A stretch of DNA of 64,000 nucleotides from positions 7,488,001 to 7,552,000 of the forward strand of contig CP068257.2 of assembly GCA_009914755.4 (NCBI GenBank). Direction: 5' to 3'. Positions within the stretch are counted from its first letter, which is position 1. Each line of letters begins with the position of its first letter. The translations under genes were made by a program, and so were the position numbers. This document shows positions 14,061 to 23,760 of the stretch, in pieces. Source of the DNA: the human T2T-CHM13v2.0 reference genome, Homo sapiens. The notes under the pieces were generated by a model, which saw nothing but the letters and a program-made list of their open reading frames with translations, was not told where the DNA came from and did no database searches.

Positions 14061-14990
14061 AGCAGCCCACATTGACCAGGTCCCTGCTGACCAGACCCCA
14101 CACATCAGGTCCTCCCTGATGACACCCTCACTGATTAGACCCTCATGACCAGGCCCCACTAACAAGGCCCCCACTGCCAGGCACACAATGACAAGGACTC
14201 CACTGACCAGGACCTTACTGACAAGGTCTCACTGACAAGGCCTCACGGACCAAGTCCTTACTGACAAGTCCTCACTGACTAGGTCATTATTGACAAGGCC
14301 TCACTGATCAGGTTCCACTGATCATGACCTCATTCCCTGGCCCCAAAGATGAGGCCCCACTGACCAGGCCTCCAGGGAACAGGTTGCCACTGATCAGGCC
14401 CCTAATAACCAGGCCTAAGGTCACCAGATGCCCCTGACTGGGACCCTAGTGAGTAGACCCCACTGAACTGGCACCAAATGCTGAGATCCCCGCTGACCAG
14501 GTCACCCTGTAGACCGGTGCTACAAAAGTCACCACTGACCAAGTCCTCTCTGACTAGGACACTACAGATTAGGTCCCACTGACAAGGCTGCCCTGACCAG
14601 GGCCCCACTGACAAGGGCCTCACTGATGAGGACACACCCACCAGGGTCTGCTGACTAGGTTCCATGTGCCCAGTCCTCCACTGAATAGCACCCCTTGACC
14701 TGGTCACCAGTGCCCCAGCCCATGCTGACCAGGCCAGCACTAAGCCCCAGCTGACCAGGTCTCCACTGATCAAGCCCCACAGCCCAGGTTTGCACTGACC
14801 AGACACCAAACAACTGGCAGCCAATAGGTCCCCACTCACCAAAACCCCCACTACTAGACCGCAGTAATGAGACCCTCTCTAAGCAGACCTCTGCTGACCA
14901 CGATCCCACTAAATAGTCCTCACTGACCTAGGTCCACTGACCAGGCCCACACTGATCAGGCCCCTCCTAACCACGCCGGAAATCCAAGCG
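14060..14990. repeat. Degenerate 14-15-bp minisatellite (CACTGACCAGGYCY)n, copy A
   Basis: ...ccactgaccaggaccttactgacaaggtctcactgacaaggcctcacggaccaagtccttactgacaagtcctcactgactaggtc... with a CACTGA(C/T)(C/A)AGG core recurring about every 14-15 bp for ~0.9 kb. Confidence 0.85.
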
Positions 14991-16560
14991 GCAATGACAT
15001 GTTTCATATGGCAGAAGTTGGAACAAGACAGAGAGAGGAAAGAGGTTCCACAGCCTTTTAAACTACTAGATCTCATGAGAACTCACTCACTATCAGGAGG
15101 ATGGCATTAAGGGCTTGGTGCTTTGCCATTTGTGAAGGATCCACTCCCACCCCTTTATGATTAAAACTTTTTCCACCTAGGCCCCGACTCTAACATTAGG
15201 GAGTGTACTTTCACATGAGTTTTGGAAGGGGCATAGAGAAAAACCGTATTATTCTGTCCCTGACCCCACAAATCTCATGTCCTTCTCACATTGCAAGATA
15301 CAGTCATGCCTTGCCAGCAGTCTCCCAAAGTCTTAACTCATTTCAGCATTAACTCAAAGTTACAAAGTCCAAAGTCTCATCTGGGTCAAGGCTACATTCT
15401 CTTTTGCCTACGAGTCTCTGAAATAAAAAGCAAGTTCACTGCGTCTAAGGTACAATGATGGTACAGGCATTGTGTAAGCTTTCCATATCCAAAAGAGAGA
15501 CATTTTCCAGAAAGCTTCTTATTTTTATCTGAGGCCCCCTCAGCCTGGCCTTCACTGTCCATGTTTTTGTCAGCATTCTTGTCACAGCCATTTAACCAGT
15601 CTCTAAGATGGTCCAAAAATGTTCTCATCTGTCTGTCTTCTTTGGAGCCCTCCAAACTCTTCCAACCTCTACCCATTACCCAGTTCCGAAGTTGCTTCCA
15701 CATTTTCAGGTATATTTATAGCAATGCTCCAGTCCTCATTTGCCATTTTTGGTAAGATTTATCTTGAAAAAGAGGTTTAATTGGCTCATGGTTCTGCAGA
15801 GTGGACAGGAAGCTTAGTGCTTCTGCTTCTGGGGGGCCTCAGAAATCTTTCAATCATTGTGCAAGGTAATGAAAGAGTGAATTGTCTCACATGGCAAGAG
15901 GAAATCACGGAGAGTAGGGAGTGATATAGAGTTTTCAGTGGCCAGATCTCACGAGAAGTCACTCATGATTGTGAGGACAGTACCAAGGGGATGGTGCTGA
16001 ACCACTCATGAGAAATTTGCCTTCATGATTCAATCACCTTATACCAGGATCCACCTCCAACATTAGGAAGCATAATTCAACATGAGATTTGGTGGGGACA
16101 CATATTCGAATTGCCTCATCAGTCTTTGAGTATAAAGACATCCATAGCAGGCTTTATCCAGCCAGCTTCTTTGGGATTCTTTATAAGGTTTCAGATCTAT
16201 AGGATATCCACTAAAATATTCCTACTTCAAAAGGCAATAAAGTAAGTGGTATTATCATTCTTCAAAAAGTTATAATGGTAGTGTAGGCATTCATAGTATG
16301 ATTTAGTTCATTTGCTACTGTTTCTATTCTATCACCATATTAACACTTCCCTACACAATTCTATATTCAGCTGGGTTTCAGTTGAGCACAAAGTCATCCT
16401 TGTACTACCACCGATAGCTGGCACCAGCCCTTTGATACTGTTATCATTCTGCTGTAGAAAGTACCCGTGAACTGGAAAAAGTCCACACTCGAATAGCTAG
16501 TCATTCAACACTATCAAATTTTAGGTGACTTTTTGAAAAAATAGTATCTCTTGTTGAAAG
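14990..16560. repeat. Partial unit of the SATR-like higher-order repeat (same family as 29,627-44,700)
   Basis: Starts with ggcaatgacatgtttcatatggcagaagttggaacaagacagagagaggaaagagg...ctcatgagaactcactcactatcaggagga... and contains ...aacattagg.agtgtactttcacatgagttttggaaggggcatagag...ccgtattattctgtccctgacccc... motifs shared with the unit heads at 29,627, 32,499, 35,927, 39,201, 42,292 and 43,250. Confidence 0.7.
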
Positions 16561-17290
16561 AAATGCTCCATCTGTGATTTCAAGTCTCTCCCTTGAGTGA
16601 ATTGGATGGAAGTGGTGAATTTCAGCCAAAGTGGCCAAAGAAATCCTGTTCCTGTGATAATGACGCCATCAGCCTCTGCACCTCTGTCTTCCCTTCTGCC
16701 ACATGTTGTCTGTTCTCCGTGACTTTGGTAAGAGCTTCCTTGTGTATGTGGATGATGTCCAGGATGTTTGTCTTGTGTCCCTGAGACAGCACTAACAGGT
16801 CCATGGCTGGGTCCAGGTCCTTCCTGGACTGACCGGCAAGGAGCTTACTGATGTTCTTGAAGGCATCTCTGGTGAAGTGGATGGCCTAGTCAACTTCCAA
16901 GGCCTGGCTGAGGCTGAAGAAAAACTGGCCACCTTCTGATGCTCTTTCTAAAAGCCTGTCACTGTCATCTGCTTGCTTGTCAACTCATTGGCTGTGAGGT
17001 TGAGCTGAGTGGCCTGTGTCCATCTTCTTTGGGAAGCATTTGAAGCCATCAATCTTGCTCTCCCACCCCTAAAGGTTGATGGTCACCACCTGGGGATGTG
17101 CTGAGGGTCAGAAAGAAGCCAGCACTCACTATCTCATCCTTCTCAGCCTTCCTCTTGCACTCTCTCCAGGCTGTCTCTTCAGTGCTGGTGGGATATATCA
17201 GAAAGTGATGGAAGATGTGGCACTGTGCCCTCACCCAGAAGCTGGCCATGTGGTTGGCTCATCCACCAGAATGGATGCTCTGGGTGCTCT
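16560..17290. repeat. Module X, a ~0.73-kb low-copy segment duplicated at 44,700-45,425. It carries a stop-free frame on the minus strand
   Basis: gaattggatggaagtggtgaatttcagccaaagtggccaaagaaatcctgttcctgtga... is shared by both copies at roughly 92-95 percent identity. Minus-strand ORFs 16622-16804 and 44780-45058 encode near-identical peptides ([10 protein letters not shown](K/Q)[17 protein letters not shown]...). Confidence 0.75.
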
Positions 17291-19890
17291 TTGAGCCAGC
17301 TTGGCTTTGCCTAGCATGCACAGGCTCCGGGTACCGAAATGTTGCTCTGAGTGAGCTTGTCCTGCCTTGGGCCAAATTCTGTTAGGCCAGGGCCACAAAA
17401 GGCCGAGTCCCACGGGTGGTAATCCTGGCTGCTTTCTGCACTTCCACATAAAGACCTCCTGAAGATGGCCTGTGGTCTACCTCTTTGCAACCAAGAAGCC
17501 CGCAGTGCCATATGAATCCTCAGGCATGGACTGGAGCCCCCGAGGAAGCACACACCCTGCTCCTGAGCCTGCTGCTCATTTTCTCTGTGTGGCTCCATTT
17601 GTGTCACAGTTGTTGCACAGACTTGTGCATGCTGGGCAAGGCCAAGCTGGCTCAAAAAGCAACCAGCCACCTCTGCAAGGTTGTGCCAGGAGCCGGTGGA
17701 CCGGCCACTAACCTCACTCACTGCTGGTTAGGTTACATCAGTTATTCTACCCTAGAGGTAGGGCCCCAGTGCCATATGCTTTTCCTCAGGCCTCTGCTCT
17801 ATCAGTCATCAGGCGGCAACCACTCAGGCTGTGGGAACCTGGCCATCCCTCCTTCCTTGAGTAGCTGAGGTTGCTGGCTTGTCCGCCTACTACAGGCACA
17901 GCCTTGCAGATGTGGCTAGTTGCTCTGAGCCAGCTTGGCCTTGCCTGGCATGCATAGGCCCCAGGTACTGACACTCTGCTCCGAGTCAGCTTGTCCTGCC
18001 TTGGGTCAAATTCTAAGTCTGGCCAGGGCCACAGAAGGCCCAGTCCCCTGGGTGCTAATCTTGGCTGCTTTCTGCACTTGAACATAAAGTCCTCCTCAAG
18101 AAAGCCTGTGGTCTGCCTGTTGGCGACCAAGAAACCTACAGTGCCATACGAGCCCTGAGGCATGGACTGGAGCCACAAAGGCAGTGCACGCCCCATTCCT
18201 GAGCCTGCTGATCATTTCCTCTATATGGCTCCATTTGTAGCACACTTGTTGCAGTGAGGCTTGTGCATGCCAGGCAAGGCCAAGCTGGCTCAAAGAGCAA
18301 GCAGCCACCTCTGCAAGGGTGTGCCAGGAGCAGATGGACCAGCTGCCAACCTCACTCACTGCCAGACGTGGTACATCAGTTCTTCTACCCTAAAGGTGGG
18401 GCCAAGAGGCAGACCACAGGCCATCTTGAGGAGGACTTTATGTTCAAGTGCAGAAAGCAGGCAGGATTACCACCCTGGGTACTTGCCCTTCTGTGGCCCG
18501 CAGTGCCATATGAGCCATGAGGCATGGACTAGTGCCATCTGCTTTATACAAAAAATAACTTAAGATTGATTAAAGAGTTAAATATGCCACCTGCTTTTCC
18601 TCAGGCCTCTGCTCCATCAGGCATCAGGTGGCAGCCACTCATGCTGTTGGAACCTCGCCATCCGGGCTTCCTTGAGCGGGTGAGGTTGCTGGCTTGTCCG
18701 CCTGCTACAGGCACAGCCTTGCAGAGGTGGCTGGTTGCTCTGAGCCAGCTTGGCCTTGCCTGGCATGCATAGGCCCCAGGTACTGACACTCTGCTCCGAG
18801 TCAGCTTGTCCTGCCTTGGGCCAAATTCTAAGTCTGGAGAGGACCACAGAAGGCAGAGTCCCCTGGATGGTAATCCTGACTACTTTCTGCACTTGAACAT
18901 AAAGTCCTCCTCAAGACAGCCTGTGGTCTGCAGCTAGGCAACCAAGAAACCCGCAGTGCCATAGGAACCATGAGGCATTGACTGGAGCCCCAAAGGCAGG
19001 GCACACCCTGTTTCTGAGCCTGCTGCTCGTTTCGTCTATGTGGCTCCGTTTGTTGCACAGTTATTACACTGAGGCTTGTGCATGCTGGGCAAACTCCAAG
19101 CCACTTAGAATTTGGTCCAAGGCAGAACAAGTTCACTGGGAGCAGCGTGTCAGTACCTGGGGCCTGTGCATGCCAGGCAAGGCCAAGCTGCCTTAAAGAG
19201 CAAACAGCCTCCTCTGCAAGGGTGTGCCAGGAGCCGGTGGACCCACCACCAACCTCACTCACTACCAGTCAGAGTACATCAGTTCTTCTACCCTAGAGGT
19301 AGGGCCCAACTGCCATCTGCTTTTCCTCAGGCCTCTGCTTGATCAGCCATCAGGCGGTGGCCACTCATGCTGTGGGAACCTGGCCATCCCTGCTTCCTTG
19401 TGTAGCTGAGGTTGCTGGCTGCTCCACCTCCTCCAGAAGCACCCTTGCAGTGGTAGCTGGTTGCTCTTTGAGCCAGCTTAGCCTTGCCTAGCATGTACAG
19501 GCCCCAGCTACTGACACACTACTCCGAGTGAGCTGGTCCTGCTTTGAGCCAAATTCTAAGTCTGGCCGGGGCCACAGAAGGCCGAGTCCCCTGGGTGGTA
19601 AACCTGGCTGCTTTCTGCCCTTGAACATAAAGTCCTCCTCGGCTGGTCTATGGTCTACCTCTTGGCAACCAAGAATCCTGCAGTCCCATACAAGCCCTGA
19701 GGCATGGACTGGAGCCCCAAAGGCAGTGCACACCCTGCTTCTGAGCTTGCTGCTCATTTCCTCTGTGGGGCTCCATTTTTAGGAAAGTTGTTGCATTGAG
19801 GCTTGTGTATGCCGGGCAAGGCCAAGCTGGCTCAAAAAGCAACCAGCCGCGTTTGCAAGGGTGTGCCTGAAGTGGTTGGATTAGCCATCA
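17290..19890. repeat. Complex tandem array of ~0.3-0.65-kb units with internal inverted (palindromic) arms
   Basis: ttgagccagcttggccttgcctggcatgca.aggccccaggtactgaca...gcttgtcctgccttggg.caaattct.ag.ctggccagggccacagaaggcc recurs at ~17,290, 17,927, 18,739 and 19,450. Its reverse complement (tgcatgc.gggcaaggccaagctggctcaaa.agcaa.cagccacctctgcaagg) recurs at ~17,625, 18,270, 19,170 and 19,815. Confidence 0.8.
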
Positions 19891-20445
19891 ACGTTGCCCA
19901 CTCAAGGAAGCAGGGAATGCATGTTTGTACCATGCATTTCACTACAGGTCATTTCCCCTGAGGTTGGTGGCCTAGGTTTTCTTCTAGATTTTTTATGGTT
20001 TTAGGTCTTACTTCTAACTCTTTCATCCATCTTACTTAATTTTTGTTTAAGGTGTATGGGTGTGGCCCAGTTTCAGTTTTCTGCATTTGGCTAGCCAGTT
20101 TTCCCAACACCATTTATTAAATAGGGTATCCTTTCCCATTGCTTGTTTTTGTCAGGTTTGTCAAAGATCAGATGCTTTTAGATGTGTGGTGTCATTTCTG
20201 AGGGCTCTGTTCTGTTCCATTGGTCTATAGATCTGATTTGGTACCAGCCCCATGCTGTTTTGGTTACTGTAGCCTTGTAGAATAATTTGAAGTCAGGTAC
20301 TGTGATGCCTCTAGCTTTGCTGTTTTTGCTTAGGATTGCCTTGGCTATGTGGGCTCTTTTTTGGTTCCATATGAAATTTAAAGTAGTTTTTCTAATTCTG
20401 TGAAGAAAGTAATGGTAGCTTGATGGGGACAGCAATGAGTCTATA
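19890..20445 (-). mobile_element. L1 ORF2 segment in inverted orientation. It is the 5' part of a twin-priming-type L1 insertion
   Basis: Antisense L1 ORF2: ccagttttcccaacaccatttattaaatagggtatcctttcccattgcttgtttttgtcaggtttgtcaaagatcagatg...ggtaccagccccatgctgttttggttactgtagccttgtag. Minus-strand ORF 20178-20435 is ORF2-like. Confidence 0.8.
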
Positions 20446-21570
20446 AATTACTTTGGGTGGTATAGCAGTCAGGCACAGAAATGTCCTTGTGTTAGGCAAT
20501 ACCATTCAGGACATAGCCATGGGCAGAGTCTTCATCACTAGAACACCAAAAGCAATGGCTACAAAAACCAAAATTTACAAATGGGATCTAACTAAACTTA
20601 AGAGTATCTGCAGTGCAAAAGAAACTATTATCAGAGTGAACAGGCAACCCACAGAATGGGAGAACATTGTTGCAATCTATCCATCTGACAAAGGGCTAAT
20701 ATGCAGAATCTACAAAGAACAAATTTACAAGAAAAAAAAAACCATCAAAAAGTGAGCAAAGGGTATGAACAGACACTTACCAAAGAAGACATTTATACAG
20801 CCAACGAACATGTGAAGCAAAGCACATCATCACTGGTCATTAGAGAAATGGAAATCAAAACCACAATGAGATACAATCTCACACCACTTAGAATGGTCAT
20901 CGTTAAAAAATCAGGAAAAAACAGATGCTAGAGAGGATGTGGAGAAATAGCAAAGCTTTTACACAGTTGGTGGGAATATAAATTACTTCAACCATTGTGG
21001 AAGACAGTGTGACAATTCCTCAAGGATCTACAACTAGAAATATCATTTGACCCAGCAATCCCATTACTGGGTATATACCCCCAAAATTATAAATCATACT
21101 AATATAAAGACACATGAACCTGTCTGTTTATTGCGGCACTGTTCACAACAGCAAAGACTTGGAACCAACCCAAATGCCCACCAATGATAGACTGGATAAA
21201 GAAAATGTGGCATATATACACCACGAAATACTATGCAGCCATAAAAAGGGATGAATTCACGTCATTTGCTGGGACATGAATGAAGCTGGAAACCATCATT
21301 TTCAGCTAACTAACAGAAGAACAGAAAACCAAACACCACATGTTCTCACTCATAACTGGGAGTTGAACAATGGGAACACATGGACACAGGAAGGGGAACA
21401 TCACACACCAGGGCCTGTCAGGGTGGGGGGCTAGGAGAGGGATGGCATTAGGAGAAATAACTAATGTAGATCATGGGTTGATGGATGCAGCAAGCCGCCA
21501 TGGCATGTGTATACCTATGTAACCTGCATGTTCTGCACATGTACCCCAGAACTTAAAGTATAATTTAAAA
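20446..21570 (+). mobile_element. L1 3' end (ORF2 C-terminus plus 3' UTR and poly-A), sense orientation
   Basis: ggcaataccattcaggacatagccatgggcagagtcttcatcactagaacaccaaaagcaatggctacaaaaaccaaaatttacaaatgggatctaactaaacttaagag...aatactatgcagccataaaaagggatgaattcacgtcatttgctgggacatgaatgaagctggaaaccatcattttcagc...aacttaaagtataatttaaaaaaaaaaa. Confidence 0.85.
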
Positions 21571-21884
21571 AAAAAAAGAAATTTGCTTTTAATTAAGCTT
21601 TTAATCATAGAACTTGTGAAGAAAATCCTTTTGAATCTTTTATTACCACATCATAGCTGGGACAAACCGCTGACGCTTTAAAAGTAACATAAATATCAAA
21701 CAGAAAGAACTAGACTTAGGAACCAAACTCAGGTTTCTGTAGTGAACAGGGCAGAATCTTCACACTGGGTCACCACCACTACTCCTTCAGTTTAGCCTTG
21801 GCTAGCAAAAGGGTGGCCTTGTTATGTAGATGAGACCACTTATGTAAAAAAAAAAAAGTTTTAAAAAATAATTTCTGCTAACTG

Positions 21885-21932
21885 GAATGTTTTTTGTTGT
21901 TGTTTATTTGTTTGTTTGTTTGTTTGCAGCCA
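21885..21932. repeat. (TTTG)n/(TTG)n simple repeat
   Basis: gttttttgttgttgtttatttgtttgtttgtttgtttgc. Confidence 0.9.
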
Positions 21933-22559
21933 TAGGAGTTTTAGCCAATTCAGAGGCCTTGCTCCCCACAATTTGGAAAATTCCTTTGGATTTGACCAAG
22001 TCAGGAAGAGAAGGGAGAAAAGTGAAACAACAATAAAGCCCCAAGCATAAACAAACAAAAAGAGTTAAGCAAAACAACAAATGCACAATTCATATGATTA
22101 CTGAGTGTTCTAATGGTAAGGAGAAACTAAAAGCAGAAATTAAAAGCAGCTGGTGAGTAATCTTAAATTTTAGTCATTAAGGACAAATTTTAAGACAAAA
22201 CTCTAATTCAGCTACTTACCTGGAAACAAGGCTCAGGCTGGTGATCGTTCTCTGCCATCTTAGAAGCTGGAAACAACTTACACTCACCTTCCCTGTCAGA
22301 AGCAAGCTGAAACTCAGGAAAGGAGGTGCCTGCTCTCCATCACCACAGAAGCAGGAAAACTTGCCTTCCTTGTTGGAAATGAGTAAAACTTCAGAAAAGG
22401 AGTTGTACAGAAAAATCAAACTTAGATCTCAACCAGATTTTGGGAGATCAGGGACTCTTTGCAGGGGAGAAGCTCCACAACCTCAGCAAATTATCCTGTT
22501 GGTTTGGGCAATAAAGATAGCCCATGTTGGTATCAATCAATAACGAGATTTATCAAAGG

Positions 22560-23760
22560 TCAGGGCCACCTTTGTAATGACCTTCTCTGTCTTTTTTTAT
22601 CTTTATTGGTATATACGTTTTGTCGAAACTGGGAGTGTAACACCTGATTTCTTCTGTTTTCCATTTGCTTGAAAGATTTTTCACCATTCCTTCATTTTGA
22701 GCCTATGTATGGCACTGCATGTGAGATGGGTTTCTTGGAGACAGCATACTCAAATGGGTCTTTGTTCTTTATCCAGCTTGCCCCCCTGTGTCTTTCAATC
22801 GGAGCATTTAGCCCATTTCCATTTAAGGTTAGTAATGGTATGTGTGGATTAGATCCTGTCGTCATGCTGTCAGCTAGTTATTTTGCAGACTTGTGTATGT
22901 GGTTGGTTTTTAGCATTACTGGTCTGTGTACTTCGGTGCATTTTTGTAGTGGCTGGTGATGGTCTTTTCTTTCCATATTTAGTGCTTCATTCAGGAGCTC
23001 TTGTAAGGTAGATCTGGTGATAATGAATTCTCTCAGCATTTGCTTGTCTGAAAAGGATCTTGTTTCTCCTTCACTTATGATGCTTAATTTTGCTGGACAT
23101 GAAATTCTGGGTTGAAATTTCTTTTTCTTTTAACCATGTATAATAACACCATGTTATTATATGGTATATCTGTCTCTGCCATACTACGTGAAATTTCTTT
23201 TCTTTAAGAAGTTGAATATCTTTTCTGGCTTGTAGGGTTTCAGCTGAGAAGTCTGCTAAGTCTGATGGAATTCCCTTTGCAGGTGACGTTGCCTTTCTCC
23301 CTAGCTGCCTTTAACAGTGTTTCTTTCATTTTGACCTTGGAGAATCTGATGATTATATGTCTTGGGGATGATCTTCTCATGGCTTATCTTACTGAGGTTC
23401 TCTGGATTTCCTGAATTGGAATGTTGGCCTGTCTGGATAGGTTGGGGATATTCTCATGAATGATATTCTGAAGTATGTTTTCCAAGTTGGTTCCATTCTC
23501 CTCATCTCTTTCACGTACACTAATCAGTCATAGATTTGGTCGTTTATATAATCTCATATTTCTTGGATGTTTTGTTCATTCATTTTCCTTCTTTTTTCCC
23601 CCATTCTTGTCTGCCTGTTTTATTTCAGAAAGCCAGTTTTCAAGCTCTGGGATTCTTTCCTCTGCTTGGTCTATTCTGCTGGGTGGTCTTGCACATGAGA
23701 TGGAGCTGGTGTGACAGTCCTCCTTAGTCTGCTTGCCTCTCCCAGGACCCCAGCCTGGCC
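22560..23760 (-). mobile_element. L1 LINE fragment, antisense (ORF2 5' part / ORF1 region)
   Basis: gcctatgtatggcactgcatgtgagatgggtttcttggagacagcatactcaaatgggtctttgttctttatccagcttgcc...gcatttagcccatttccatttaaggttagtaatggtatgtgtggattagatcctgtcgtcatgctgtc and aggtgacgttgcctttctccctagctgcctttaacagtgtttctttcattttgaccttggagaatctgatgattatatgtcttgg match antisense L1. Confidence 0.8.

Noticed and set aside
9040-14990. CRISPR-like interpretation of the regular short tandem arrays
   Set aside because: The units are contiguous with no unique spacers. 48-bp units abut 48-bp units, and the 14-15-bp units are degenerate. The context is eukaryotic. These are satellite and minisatellite DNA.
17049-17300. 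Weak resemblance of minus-strand translations of module X to the alpha-tubulin C-terminus (AKLAQRA..., ...[10 protein letters not shown] against AKVQRAV..., ...LEKDYEEVG)
   Set aside because: The similarity is confined to a few residues, needs multiple frameshifts, and does not extend. It is likely coincidental. Not reported as a tubulin pseudogene.
17311-19842. Multiple 80-144-aa ORFs on both strands in the palindromic tandem array (e.g. 17311-17721 -, 17786-18196 -, 18828-19262 -)
   Set aside because: Frames are not conserved from unit to unit, ORFs on opposite strands overlap, and the sequence is a tandem or inverted repeat. I treat them as artefacts.
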